A stretch of DNA of 64,000 bases from a virus. Its lineage: Duplodnaviria > Caudoviricetes. Made by a program: the position numbers and the translations under genes. The notes below the pieces were generated by a model. That model was not told the DNA's origin and ran no database searches. It was given only the letters and a program-made list of their open reading frames with translations. Positions within the stretch are counted from its first letter, which is position 1. The number at the start of each line of letters is the position of its first letter. The stretch lies in the IMG/VR virus record IMGVR_UViG_3300033121_001571. One strand, written 5' to 3'. Below are positions 36,319 through 45,662 of the stretch, piece by piece.

Positions 36319-38881
36319 ATAACACCTTGGAGTCTTTTTCTGACTTAACGATCTCAATCATGCTGTCAACAATGTCTTTTACACCATCAACATGTGTGAT
36401 CAACAAAATGGTTTTGAAATATCTCTTTAGAGAAACCAAAAAACGATTACAAGCTTCTACGCTCATTTCATCTAAAGCACCAAATCCTTCGTCTATAACA
36501 AACATATCTGTTTTTGGTAACGTAGACACATTTGTCAATGCAACCCTAATAGCAACTGATGCAATCATCTTCTCCATTCCACTTCCAAGCTCTATGAGAC
36601 GCTTAGAATCAAAATAATCAATGTAAATTTCAAGTGAATCAGATTCTTTATCAAGCTCAAGACTGACAGTAAAATCAACTATTCCATGAAGTATCTTTGA
36701 GATCTCTTCATTGATAATTGGTAACTGTGATTCAACTATTAAACTTGGAATACCTTTTTTAGAAAAGGCAACCACTGCTAACTCGTAAATTTTTAGTTTG
36801 TTAACAAGCGATTCTTTTAGATTTTTTTCTTCAATCATAGAGCACAAAGTTGAATTCATTCTACCAATATCTTCTGCAAGCTTAATTCTAAGAGCATCTT
36901 TAGATTTGATGTCTTTTAAGATTCTATCTCTTTCATCTGTACACGCTTTTAACTTAGCATGAAATTCTGACTCATTGTGCGACTTGATCTTCTCATATTT
37001 TTCTTCACTTTGCTTTAAACGAAGTTGAAGATTTTGAATCTGAAGTTCAGTGTTTTCAACAAATTTTTCTGCTAATGTGATATTTGACTTTGTTTGATTG
37101 TGAACAGCAATCTTTTTAAGTCTATCACTCAATTTTAAATCATATTGAAATTCTGCCATCTTCAACATAAGATTGTGACTCTGTTCAAATAAAGCTTTAA
37201 CTTCTTCAAATTCATTTGTAGTTGTCACTATGTTATTTTTGTCTAAGTGCGCATTATGAATGAATTTACACTCAGGAAAAGAATCTCCACATGGTACAGA
37301 ATTTAACAACTGCAAAGAGTTTCTGTGTTGTTTTAAAGTGTTACTAAGTTGATCAAGTTTGTTCTTGTGCAAAGATGTCGTTGATTTTAGTGCTTCATAT
37401 TGTTCAACGCCCTGTTTTAACATTGTCAATTCATCATCACTAACAACTGTTTCAGATAAAGTTGAATTCAATTTTTGAAGTTCAAGTTGCTTTGATTTCA
37501 AAACAATGTTTTGACTGTTGATTGAATTACTGATGTCATTAATGACATTCTTTAGTGATATCACATCTACATCTTTAACGTCAGCTGATGAATTTAAGAC
37601 TTTAATTGTTGACTCTACGTCAAATAACTCAGATTGTAGTTTTTGCAACGAATCAGAAATAGAACTTACTTGTATAGACGCTTTTGACAAATTGTCTTTT
37701 AAGTCGTAAATCAATTTATCATAGTCAACAACCACGGAGAAGTTTTTAAGATTACTCTTCAAGATATTCATCTCAGATTTTGCAAAATCATGCATTGTGT
37801 CAAATATCTCTAGATCAAGAAATCTAAACAACGTTTGTTTTCTTTTTGCAGATCCATGACCCAAGAATTGGTTATTTTCGTTCTGGACTGACATAGTCGT
37901 CAACAAAAAATCTTCTGATGAACCAATTAATCCTCTTAGGACTTTTTCAGTGTCAGTTCTTCCTTCTCCAGCTAGATCGTCAAACCGCTTTGATTCATTA
38001 TTGTATCTAAATACGTTGAGATGCGTAGACGCATTGATCCCTTTTTTGTTTTCATTTTTAACCGTCTGTCTTTCTACAACATAAGACTCTGAGTTAATGT
38101 TCAAGATAGCTTTAGCATAACAGTGCTGCTTTCTTGCGTTGATAATGTGCAAATTCTTTATAGAACCTCTGTCAGAACCGTTAAATAAAGCATACATTAT
38201 TGTTCCAACTATAGATGATTTTCCGTGTCTATTCGGACCAAAAATTCCAACAATACCGTTAAGTGAATCAAAATTTATCTTGTTACCTTCTCCATAACCA
38301 TAAGTGTTATCAAATTGAAGCTCTCTTAGAGACCACTGTGTGTTTCTAACAACATCATTTGACGATAGTTGCGAAACACACTGCTTTATAAGATCATTCA
38401 TAGCTTCTTCCTCTGAAGAACTTAATGTTACGTCATTATGATATTGTTTCAACAATTTAAGCAATACGTCTACATTTCTAAGATCTTTTCTACCAACAAC
38501 TGTCTGTCCAGCAGATAAAACGCCAGCAACGTAATCTTTATTTGATTTGAATGTAACTTCAGCAGCACTGAATTTTTCTTTTAAGTGTTCAGTGATTTGT
38601 AAGACATCTTTGTGATGAAGAAATGAATCACTACACACTCTATATCTAGCGCCAATAGCATTTATAGTTTTAACATCTTCAATAGTAGCACTCACGCTCC
38701 CTTTCCAGGTGATATTGATAAATGGTTTTGTGTTTGGTAACGTATGAAATGATGCTTTTATGTCTTTGTTTGTTATATCCCACAACAGATATCCGTGCTT
38801 AATATCTTCTGCGTATGTCTGTTGTATAGTAGAGCCTGGATATGCAATCCTTGGTTGTTTAACTTTTACCCTTAGTTTCAT
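36311..38881 (-). CDS. SbcC/Rad50-like ATPase carrying the C-terminal part of an SbcD/Mre11 nuclease at its N-terminus
   Basis: Walker A GPNRHGKSS, Zn-hook-like CGDSFPEC, signature GSGME, Walker B IDEGFGALD and H-loop ITH. The N-terminal IAYPGSTIQQ..AE...GY is an SbcD motif. Confidence 0.88.
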   Translation of the reverse strand: MKLRVKVKQPRIAYPGSTIQQTYAEDIKHGYLLWDITNKDIKASFHTLPNTKPFINITWKGSVSATIEDVKTINAIGARYRVCSDSFLHHKDVLQITEHLKEKFSAAEVTFKSNKDYVAGVLSAGQTVVGRKDLRNVDVLLKLLKQYHNDVTLSSSEEEAMNDLIKQCVSQLSSNDVVRNTQWSLRELQFDNTYGYGEGNKINFDSLNGIVGIFGPNRHGKSSIVGTIMYALFNGSDRGSIKNLHIINARKQHCYAKAILNINSESYVVERQTVKNENKKGINASTHLNVFRYNNESKRFDDLAGEGRTDTEKVLRGLIGSSEDFLLTTMSVQNENNQFLGHGSAKRKQTLFRFLDLEIFDTMHDFAKSEMNILKSNLKNFSVVVDYDKLIYDLKDNLSKASIQVSSISDSLQKLQSELFDVESTIKVLNSSADVKDVDVISLKNVINDISNSINSQNIVLKSKQLELQKLNSTLSETVVSDDELTMLKQGVEQYEALKSTTSLHKNKLDQLSNTLKQHRNSLQLLNSVPCGDSFPECKFIHNAHLDKNNIVTTTNEFEEVKALFEQSHNLMLKMAEFQYDLKLSDRLKKIAVHNQTKSNITLAEKFVENTELQIQNLQLRLKQSEEKYEKIKSHNESEFHAKLKACTDERDRILKDIKSKDALRIKLAEDIGRMNSTLCSMIEEKNLKESLVNKLKIYELAVVAFSKKGIPSLIVESQLPIINEEISKILHGIVDFTVSLELDKESDSLEIYIDYFDSKRLIELGSGMEKMIASVAIRVALTNVSTLPKTDMFVIDEGFGALDEMSVEACNRFLVSLKRYFKTILLITHVDGVKDIVDSMIEIVKSEKDSKVLYE

Positions 38882-39538
38882 CTAAACAAGTCTTTCTATG
38901 ATCTCTGCGTTTGGATATGCAGATAGTTCACTTTCATCTATGATGAGTTCTTTTTCTGAAAAGTCTAAAAACTGTTGTCTGTGAATATCGCCAAGGAGTA
39001 CTAGATCATAACCATCAAAAAACTCAATTTTTAACCCATCTTCTAACATCCACGAAGACTCAGTCATTGATCCATAAACTGGTCCATGATAACAAGCTAT
39101 ATTGAACATTCCTTTTTTTGGAGAAACTGATTCCCAATTTTGTGGATCAAATAGACTAAACACGCACCAATTGAACCCGGGATGGAATTCATACACTCCC
39201 GAATTCTTATAAAGAAAGATGTTGGGTAACTTAAGAGCGTTAATGATTGGAGTAACTGCGTCTTGTCTGGACAGGTTTGACAAATTCATATCATGATTTC
39301 CCAATATCATGTGGGTACTTGTAACCCTAGATAAAGAAGTAAAAAACCATGTCATAAAATCTATGTACTCAGGAGAGATATTTTGAGTTTTTGTGTGGTA
39401 GATATCTCCCCCAATGAAAAGATAGTCTACTGACTTCTCCTGTAGATCAGAAATTAGTTTTTCAAAAACTACCTTATACTCATCGTGTCTAGACAAAGCA
39501 CGCACATGCAAATCAGCAATGTGACAAATCTTCACCAA
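38882..39538 (-). CDS. SbcD/Mre11-like metallophosphoesterase, N-terminal part
   Basis: HIADLH, GGDIYH, LGNHD, YHG and LGDIH motifs; the following YPGS motif lies in the next ORF. Confidence 0.88.
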   Translation of the reverse strand: MVKICHIADLHVRALSRHDEYKVVFEKLISDLQEKSVDYLFIGGDIYHTKTQNISPEYIDFMTWFFTSLSRVTSTHMILGNHDMNLSNLSRQDAVTPIINALKLPNIFLYKNSGVYEFHPGFNWCVFSLFDPQNWESVSPKKGMFNIACYHGPVYGSMTESSWMLEDGLKIEFFDGYDLVLLGDIHRQQFLDFSEKELIIDESELSAYPNAEIIERLV

Positions 39539-39569
39539 TAAAGATTACTAATCAGTAACTGTTAGTACA

Positions 39570-40559
39570 TCAAACAGCAGTTGCAGCTGATGACGAAGCT
39601 TTAACAAGTTGCGCAACTTCAGCTGCACCCTTAGCTAATTCTACGCCCTTCACTCCGGTCGCAGCACCTTCGACAAATGCTAAAAGTGACGTACCAGCTT
39701 TCAACACTCCGTGAATGCCTTGTACTGCAAAGTATATCAACAACGATTTGTAAATTAGACCCTGCGCTTTTTTCATAGCATTTGATTTATCTGAGTTAAC
39801 TTGAAACTCTTCAAATGATAACATTTCATTAGACATCTTTATGCCTTTGTTAAATAGAATTTTATACACTGCATAAGACAACTTATCAGGAACTATAAAA
39901 TCGATCGTCTTCTGTTCAAATGCATGAGTTACATGCTCTGCTTTTTCAAACATTGCAGCAGCATTTGGTGCGTTCAGAACATTAGCAAGCTTGTGTAATC
40001 CCTTAAATAACATTGGTAAACCACCCATAACAGCAAGACCAATACCAACAACTGCTGAAGCACCAAAGTCTTCATTAAGATTTGATTTTTGTGTTTCAGG
40101 TGTCTCTGATAAAACTTTGTAAATAGAACCAATGTATGATTCTGATTGTGTTTTTGCTTGTGCTTGCTTTGCTTTCTCTTTGACAGGACCTGCTAGATCT
40201 TGCTCAATAGCGTTCATAGCACCAGCTTCACCTAACTTTTGAAGTTCTTGTGCAGCCTTTAAGGAATCATTCAATTTAAATGACTCACCAGTCTCTTTCA
40301 TAGCTTGCTTGATAACTTGAAACATTTGTTTAGTTTCTTCAGGTATCTTCATAGAAGATAATTTCTCAGATATCACTTTTGCCCACGATGCTGCTGCTTT
40401 ACTAAATTGCTTCGAAACAAAAGCGCTTAGTTTTTTAAGACCATCTTTTACATCATCAAACACACCCTCTTGAATCTTTCTAGCAAGAGTTGCATGATAG
40501 TGTAATTCTAACTCTTCTTTGATGATCTTTCTTATTTTTCTTTGTGATAGAGTACTCAC
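39570..40559 (-). CDS. Protein with the shared leader and hydrophobic helices (putative ejected protein)
   Basis: MSTLSQRKIRKIIKEELE; hydrophobic stretches ASAVVGIGLAVMGGLPMLF and SLLIYFAVQGI. Confidence 0.6.
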   Translation of the reverse strand: MSTLSQRKIRKIIKEELELHYHATLARKIQEGVFDDVKDGLKKLSAFVSKQFSKAAASWAKVISEKLSSMKIPEETKQMFQVIKQAMKETGESFKLNDSLKAAQELQKLGEAGAMNAIEQDLAGPVKEKAKQAQAKTQSESYIGSIYKVLSETPETQKSNLNEDFGASAVVGIGLAVMGGLPMLFKGLHKLANVLNAPNAAAMFEKAEHVTHAFEQKTIDFIVPDKLSYAVYKILFNKGIKMSNEMLSFEEFQVNSDKSNAMKKAQGLIYKSLLIYFAVQGIHGVLKAGTSLLAFVEGAATGVKGVELAKGAAEVAQLVKASSSAATAV

Positions 40560-40567
40560 TGTGTTAA

Positions 40568-41497
40568 CTATATTCCAAGCTTAGCAAATGCAAAGTCTTT
40601 CCATGAGAAAAACTTTGCAGCAGACATACATTGAACAAAGTCTCCATGTGTCATAGATCCTGGATCAGAATTTTTTCCAATGTTAACTATCTTGACATCT
40701 AAGTCTAGAGAGTGAAGTTCTTTGCTTATTACTTGTGTCTTAGTATTCCACATATCTGAATCTAACGCCACAAACACAGCTGGACGGTGTTTCAAAATAG
40801 ACTCATATAGCAAAGATGATTTACTCAACGTAGATCCCATCAAGGGAATTGAATTTTCCCCGCACTTCATCATATCAAACACACCTTCGCATAATATGAT
40901 TGGTTGACTCCAATCAATGTCAATTTCATTGAAAATGATTGAACTTGATTTTATAGATGGATTCTGGTACTTGACACGTTTTTCATCAACTGTTCTAGCA
41001 ACATAATAATTCAAATTTCCATCCTTATCGAATGAAGGAACAATTGCCTGCCTTTTAAATTCCATAGAAAATCCAATCCTATATCTATCCATCATTTTAA
41101 GCGATATGCCACGTCGAAGTAAATAGTTCTTTATAACAAGAACATCGGGATTAACTCCAGAATAAGAAGATACTAGCGAAAAATCTGCAGGTAGACTGAC
41201 AACCTCCTCTTCTTCTTCCTGTAGATCAACGTTTATTTTTTGCTCATAAATTTCTGAAGCTAAAGTATAGAAATCTCTCTTTGCACGCATAGTCTTAAGC
41301 AAAAAAAATATGCTTCCAGATTTCAAATCACAACGCCAACAGTGAAATGCTCCATCAGCAACTCTTATTGCTAACTTCTTTTTTGAATAACCTGTTTTCT
41401 CACATACAGGACACAGAACATTTACATTCACTTGCCTTGCATCAAGAGTACATCCAGGAAAGAGTTTTTGAAGAAAATCAAGTTTTTTTGAAATCAC
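40568..41497 (-). CDS. DNA primase (Zn finger plus TOPRIM)
   Basis: CPVC...HCWRC, YLLRRGI, KYQNP, CEGVFD and ALDSD. Confidence 0.85.
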   Translation of the reverse strand: MISKKLDFLQKLFPGCTLDARQVNVNVLCPVCEKTGYSKKKLAIRVADGAFHCWRCDLKSGSIFFLLKTMRAKRDFYTLASEIYEQKINVDLQEEEEEVVSLPADFSLVSSYSGVNPDVLVIKNYLLRRGISLKMMDRYRIGFSMEFKRQAIVPSFDKDGNLNYYVARTVDEKRVKYQNPSIKSSSIIFNEIDIDWSQPIILCEGVFDMMKCGENSIPLMGSTLSKSSLLYESILKHRPAVFVALDSDMWNTKTQVISKELHSLDLDVKIVNIGKNSDPGSMTHGDFVQCMSAAKFFSWKDFAFAKLGI

Positions 41498-42062
41498 TAA
41501 ATTTTAGTTGGCCAGCTTTTGCAATGCAGTAAGCATCAACAGTATCAAACACAAAATCTTTTGGCTCACCACTCTTTTTAAGAGGCCATACTTGTGAAGA
41601 TAAATCACGCGCCATAAAATAGTCAAATGTTTGTTTTTTATGTGAAATCCCACACTTTGAAACTCGCTGCACTTTCAGGCCTACGAGTTTTCTAGCTTCA
41701 GAGGGCGAGATATATTCTACTCTTTTTTTGTATCTGTCAAAAACAATATATGACACAATACCATTGAATCTAAGCAGTGTAGCAATTGTATCAGCTGACG
41801 ACCTGCCACTAGCAAACTTCTTCGCAGCGTCTTCTATGCAAACAAGATCAATTTCACAACCACTGATTATTTTTTCAATTTTGTTAGAAAATTCTACCGC
41901 CTTTGCAAGCAACGTGTCTTCTTTTAAGACAATAGCATCTAACTTCTCTATAGATAATTGTTTATTCTCATCCCTAGACAACAAGCACACGCCTACACAA
42001 GACGTTGAAACGTCTAGACCAAGTAATTTAAAACCATTGCTCTTACCGTCAGGTGCCATCAC
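41478..42062 (-). CDS. RuvC-like Holliday junction resolvase
   Basis: LLGLDVSTSCVG, CIED and DTVDAYCIA acidic motifs. Confidence 0.75.
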   Translation of the reverse strand: MMAPDGKSNGFKLLGLDVSTSCVGVCLLSRDENKQLSIEKLDAIVLKEDTLLAKAVEFSNKIEKIISGCEIDLVCIEDAAKKFASGRSSADTIATLLRFNGIVSYIVFDRYKKRVEYISPSEARKLVGLKVQRVSKCGISHKKQTFDYFMARDLSSQVWPLKKSGEPKDFVFDTVDAYCIAKAGQLKFSDFKKT

Positions 42063-42460
42063 AAATATTCTTTGAACTGTGTTTTAAGGGTTGCTAATTC
42101 TTTTTCTGTGATTATTCTGAGTGTCATCTGGTGATCTTTGCACCAGTGCTCAGCTGCCAGTCGTTTTTTGTTAACAATCTTTTGCTCAAGTTTCTTTGAA
42201 GGTTTTATCTCAACTAACACTTTTGTATTATCAGCATAGTCAATCTTGAAGTCTGGAATGTAATGTCTGACTTTACCACTTGAATAATTGCTAATGTATG
42301 CAATAACAATCGTCTCATATTCATATGAGACAACACTTGGATCTGCGTCTAAGATCTTCATGTAATCAAGTTCCCATGAAGAACGATACTTCATCGTGGC
42401 ACCAGTCTTGGTTGATGTATATGATCCTGTGTGATATCTTTTCCCTCGTCTTTTTTTCAT
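42059..42460 (-). CDS. Head completion nuclease (T4 gp4 / TnsA-N-like, PD-(D/E)XK)
   Basis: YRSSWE, YEYE, YIPDF, LVEIKP and ITEKEL. Confidence 0.8.
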   Translation of the reverse strand: MKKRRGKRYHTGSYTSTKTGATMKYRSSWELDYMKILDADPSVVSYEYETIVIAYISNYSSGKVRHYIPDFKIDYADNTKVLVEIKPSKKLEQKIVNKKRLAAEHWCKDHQMTLRIITEKELATLKTQFKEYL

Positions 42461-44907
42461 TAGAAATCTACCTTAACCCTAAACAGATAACTTTCGCCAA
42501 CTCTCTTTAGAATAGGTTGCGCTAATTGCGCTTTCATTACAACATTAAAATCTCTATCATGATAGTTTATTGCACTGACATACACAAATGTTTCATCTTT
42601 GTCAATTTGTTTATTTGTTGGTGGAATCTTCACGAAATTAACATTTGAAGATGAATTCATTGTTGCAGCTGGAGCTAGTACATCATACTTTGCTACGTGG
42701 AGTTTTCTCTCACCTTGAAACGATATATCAAAACTATCTTTACCAAAGAAATACAAATGAGGATTCTTCACAACTATTACGCCTTCGTTGTAAAAAATAG
42801 TTCCAACTGAATTCCACGTAGAAGCGCTAGTAAGACAGTCTGACCTGTACAGATTTCCATACTTGTCATCTTTTAGAGTGATCTGTAATTTACCTGCGCT
42901 GCCAGAAAAACTAGAATCCTTTAACACTAGAGTGCCTGGCTTTATTCTGTCACCATAGTAGAGACTGTTGATGTTAAACATCACGATAGTATCAGATGAT
43001 TCATCTCTAGTTCTCTGAAAAGTTAAATGAGGTTGTAATCTTATCATATCTTGGCTTATGCTTGATGAAGCATTGCAACTGTTGATAAAATTCTGCAAAA
43101 CAGTTCCAACTGACAAAGAAGGATACTCTGGTGTGCTGTTAAAAAGCAATTCTGCAAGATCTAGATCATCAGGATTAACTACAAAAGAAGAAGTGCTAAC
43201 TAAATCGCTTAAGTTAACAAATGACAGATCTTCATTTCCCAAATCATCAACATACTTTGTTCTTACGCTCTCTGAAGACAAAAGAGTAAAATCTGGCACA
43301 AAATTGCCATCATCACAAGGCATAACTAACGTATTTCTTCTTCTTACAAAACTCTGTTCTTGAATAACAGCATCCGCGCTTATTGAAGAAGAAGAATTTG
43401 AAACTAAACTTGCTGACATGCAGTGAAGTCTTGGAAAATTTGAAGAAGAAAAATCTTTAAGGTATGAAACTAAGTTCACATAGTGTGCCTTATTGTTCCA
43501 TGCTAACGGTAAAGAAAATGGTGTGTCAGAGGTGTAACTTGCAGCTGTCGTTATTGTCTGTGGTTCTCCACCCGTGCCTGAAACTAACAACCTAGACGGC
43601 GTAGAAGAAACAAAGAAAACTGGCAAATAAAAAGCACAACTTCTGTCAAGATATCCTCTTCCCGATGAAGCACTAAGTCGTATCTCAGAATCAGTTATGT
43701 ATCGTTTCCAAATAGAGACGTTGTGTAAATCTGCATTTAGTGGGTGATTAAATGAATACGAAGTTGGTTCAGAAACACCCCCAGAGTTAACAAGAATAGT
43801 GGTTCCATCTCTTAACGCTTGATCTCTAGCAAAAAACAGTGATTGTCTGTTCGTAGTAGTGTTAATGCCCTCATAATAGTTCCCGATCACAAGCACACTT
43901 GGGTCATCTTTAGTTGAAAAAGTTCTAGGCGCAATAGTTGCAGATGGTACAACAAATGTACCTCTCTCTATACCATCTATTACGAATGATCCCGTTCCAG
44001 CATTCAAAGAATTAGTGCCCCACCTAATAACAACGTGATGCCAATTGTTATGTTTCAAACAGTTGTCAGATGATGTGAAAACAAGGTCTCGTGGATAATT
44101 TCCAGAAGAAACTAAAGACGGACTAACATCAGCACTATGACTTAATTGTAATTGTAGCTTGAAACAAGATGTCTTTTCATTTTCATCTTTTGCCGTGCCA
44201 GACAACAAAGAAACTGCATAACAAGATGACAAATGTAGTATTGTCCCAGCTTTGAAATTACCCATACTCTGATCTTGTTTATATCGTGGATTGATGTAGA
44301 ATTCTAAACTAAATGCTCCAGATGGAACATACGTTCCCGTAACATATCCAGCATGTACTTCTGATGTTGGAGTCACTGGATAGAGCAGAGCTGATGCTGA
44401 AGGAACTAAAGATGACGTATAGAATGATAAACAATTATAGTTAGTGTACCCCCAATTCACATTGTTAAAAGATGATCTATACGACGGTGACAAGACGTCT
44501 TTTATGAATAATTTCCTAGAATTAAGTTCAGTGAAATACGAAGTAGGAACTGATCTAAAAATTTCAACTCGTGAATATTTCCTAGATGAACTTTGAACTC
44601 TGTCTAATTTGTTGAGATAATCAACTAACATTCCATTCAAAGTTCCAGATAAAGAACTACTTGGAACATTTACAGAAGACTTTGCTGATTGTTGTAACTG
44701 TTGTAAACTATGTTCAATAGAATCCATGTATATTGCAGAATCTAAAAATGATGCAGGATTTTTAGAGTCTTTTTCTATAAGAGATCTCCTTGGAAAAACA
44801 TAGACAGATCCAGTAACTCCAGAAGAACTAGAGTTATAGACTCTTTGTACGTTCGTTATAACAGAAAAATTTCCGAACGTACTCTTATCAAACTTAAAGA
44901 TCGACAT
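42460..44907 (-). CDS. Virion protein with a LamG/ConA-like domain and a baseplate/collar-type C-terminus
   Basis: FSLEFYINP, WHHVVIRW and IDG (LamG-like); its C-terminal part is paralogous to 46644..47870. Confidence 0.65.
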   Translation of the reverse strand: MSIFKFDKSTFGNFSVITNVQRVYNSSSSGVTGSVYVFPRRSLIEKDSKNPASFLDSAIYMDSIEHSLQQLQQSAKSSVNVPSSSLSGTLNGMLVDYLNKLDRVQSSSRKYSRVEIFRSVPTSYFTELNSRKLFIKDVLSPSYRSSFNNVNWGYTNYNCLSFYTSSLVPSASALLYPVTPTSEVHAGYVTGTYVPSGAFSLEFYINPRYKQDQSMGNFKAGTILHLSSCYAVSLLSGTAKDENEKTSCFKLQLQLSHSADVSPSLVSSGNYPRDLVFTSSDNCLKHNNWHHVVIRWGTNSLNAGTGSFVIDGIERGTFVVPSATIAPRTFSTKDDPSVLVIGNYYEGINTTTNRQSLFFARDQALRDGTTILVNSGGVSEPTSYSFNHPLNADLHNVSIWKRYITDSEIRLSASSGRGYLDRSCAFYLPVFFVSSTPSRLLVSGTGGEPQTITTAASYTSDTPFSLPLAWNNKAHYVNLVSYLKDFSSSNFPRLHCMSASLVSNSSSSISADAVIQEQSFVRRRNTLVMPCDDGNFVPDFTLLSSESVRTKYVDDLGNEDLSFVNLSDLVSTSSFVVNPDDLDLAELLFNSTPEYPSLSVGTVLQNFINSCNASSSISQDMIRLQPHLTFQRTRDESSDTIVMFNINSLYYGDRIKPGTLVLKDSSFSGSAGKLQITLKDDKYGNLYRSDCLTSASTWNSVGTIFYNEGVIVVKNPHLYFFGKDSFDISFQGERKLHVAKYDVLAPAATMNSSSNVNFVKIPPTNKQIDKDETFVYVSAINYHDRDFNVVMKAQLAQPILKRVGESYLFRVKVDF

Positions 44908-44952
44908 CTCTTGTGTAACTATTTTAGCTACACTGAGATATTACGATAAATT

Positions 44953-45168
44953 CTACGTTTGATTAACTACAAAATCAGATATCTGCTCTTCTGTTAGATC
45001 AAGTTCAACTGTTAAGAAACTTACAACGTTCTCTCTCTTACCAGAAATTGAAACCATTGGAATCCCAACGCTAGAGGACCCGATTCTCTTAACAATCACT
45101 CCATACTCTTTTGCATAAAGCTTTAGATCAGTGACATAAGGAGTTGCAATCTGTACTTCTAGATCCAT
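44953..45168 (-). CDS. Hypothetical protein
   Basis: 71-aa ORF in the thyX operon. Confidence 0.5.
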   Translation of the reverse strand: MDLEVQIATPYVTDLKLYAKEYGVIVKRIGSSSVGIPMVSISGKRENVVSFLTVELDLTEEQISDFVVNQT

Positions 45169-45180
45169 GCAAGATACATA

Positions 45181-45660
45181 TCAAACTTTATCTGTGTTTG
45201 CAATAACAAAGTCTTTAAACTTAGCAAAATTTAACCCAAGCTCAACTATACTAATCTTCTCTAGATAACAGATATCATCTAAGTCTATATTAGTGACTTT
45301 TTGCTTCTTTTTTTCACCAAAGAAATTAAACACTTCTTTTAGACGTAAACCTCCGTTAACAAACAAAGAATCAACTTTCTGATCGTTGTAGGTATATTTC
45401 AACCTGTAACCATATCTGATACGAGCGTGACTTCCAACATGGTTTTTCAATTTACACAGACGTCTATTACAATAAGAACCGTCTACAATTTGAAAAATTA
45501 TACCACCTGTACTATGCCGTCTAACAGGTGACACATATCTTTTTGAACCCAAATCTGGGTGCACTACGTATGAACGAAATGCTACATAATCTCCTTTCTT
45601 GAATGGAAGAACATCAAAAATAGAATCAAGCGATTGAATTTTAAGATCTACTGTTGCCAT
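45181..45660 (-). CDS. Hypothetical protein
   Basis: 159-aa ORF directly after thyX. Confidence 0.55.
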   Translation of the reverse strand: MATVDLKIQSLDSIFDVLPFKKGDYVAFRSYVVHPDLGSKRYVSPVRRHSTGGIIFQIVDGSYCNRRLCKLKNHVGSHARIRYGYRLKYTYNDQKVDSLFVNGGLRLKEVFNFFGEKKKQKVTNIDLDDICYLEKISIVELGLNFAKFKDFVIANTDKV

Positions 45661-45662
45661 GT

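Noticed and set aside
42059-42460. Tn7-like transposon or homing endonuclease
   Set aside because: No TnsB/TnsC or element ends were seen; size and motifs fit a T4 gp4-like head completion nuclease.
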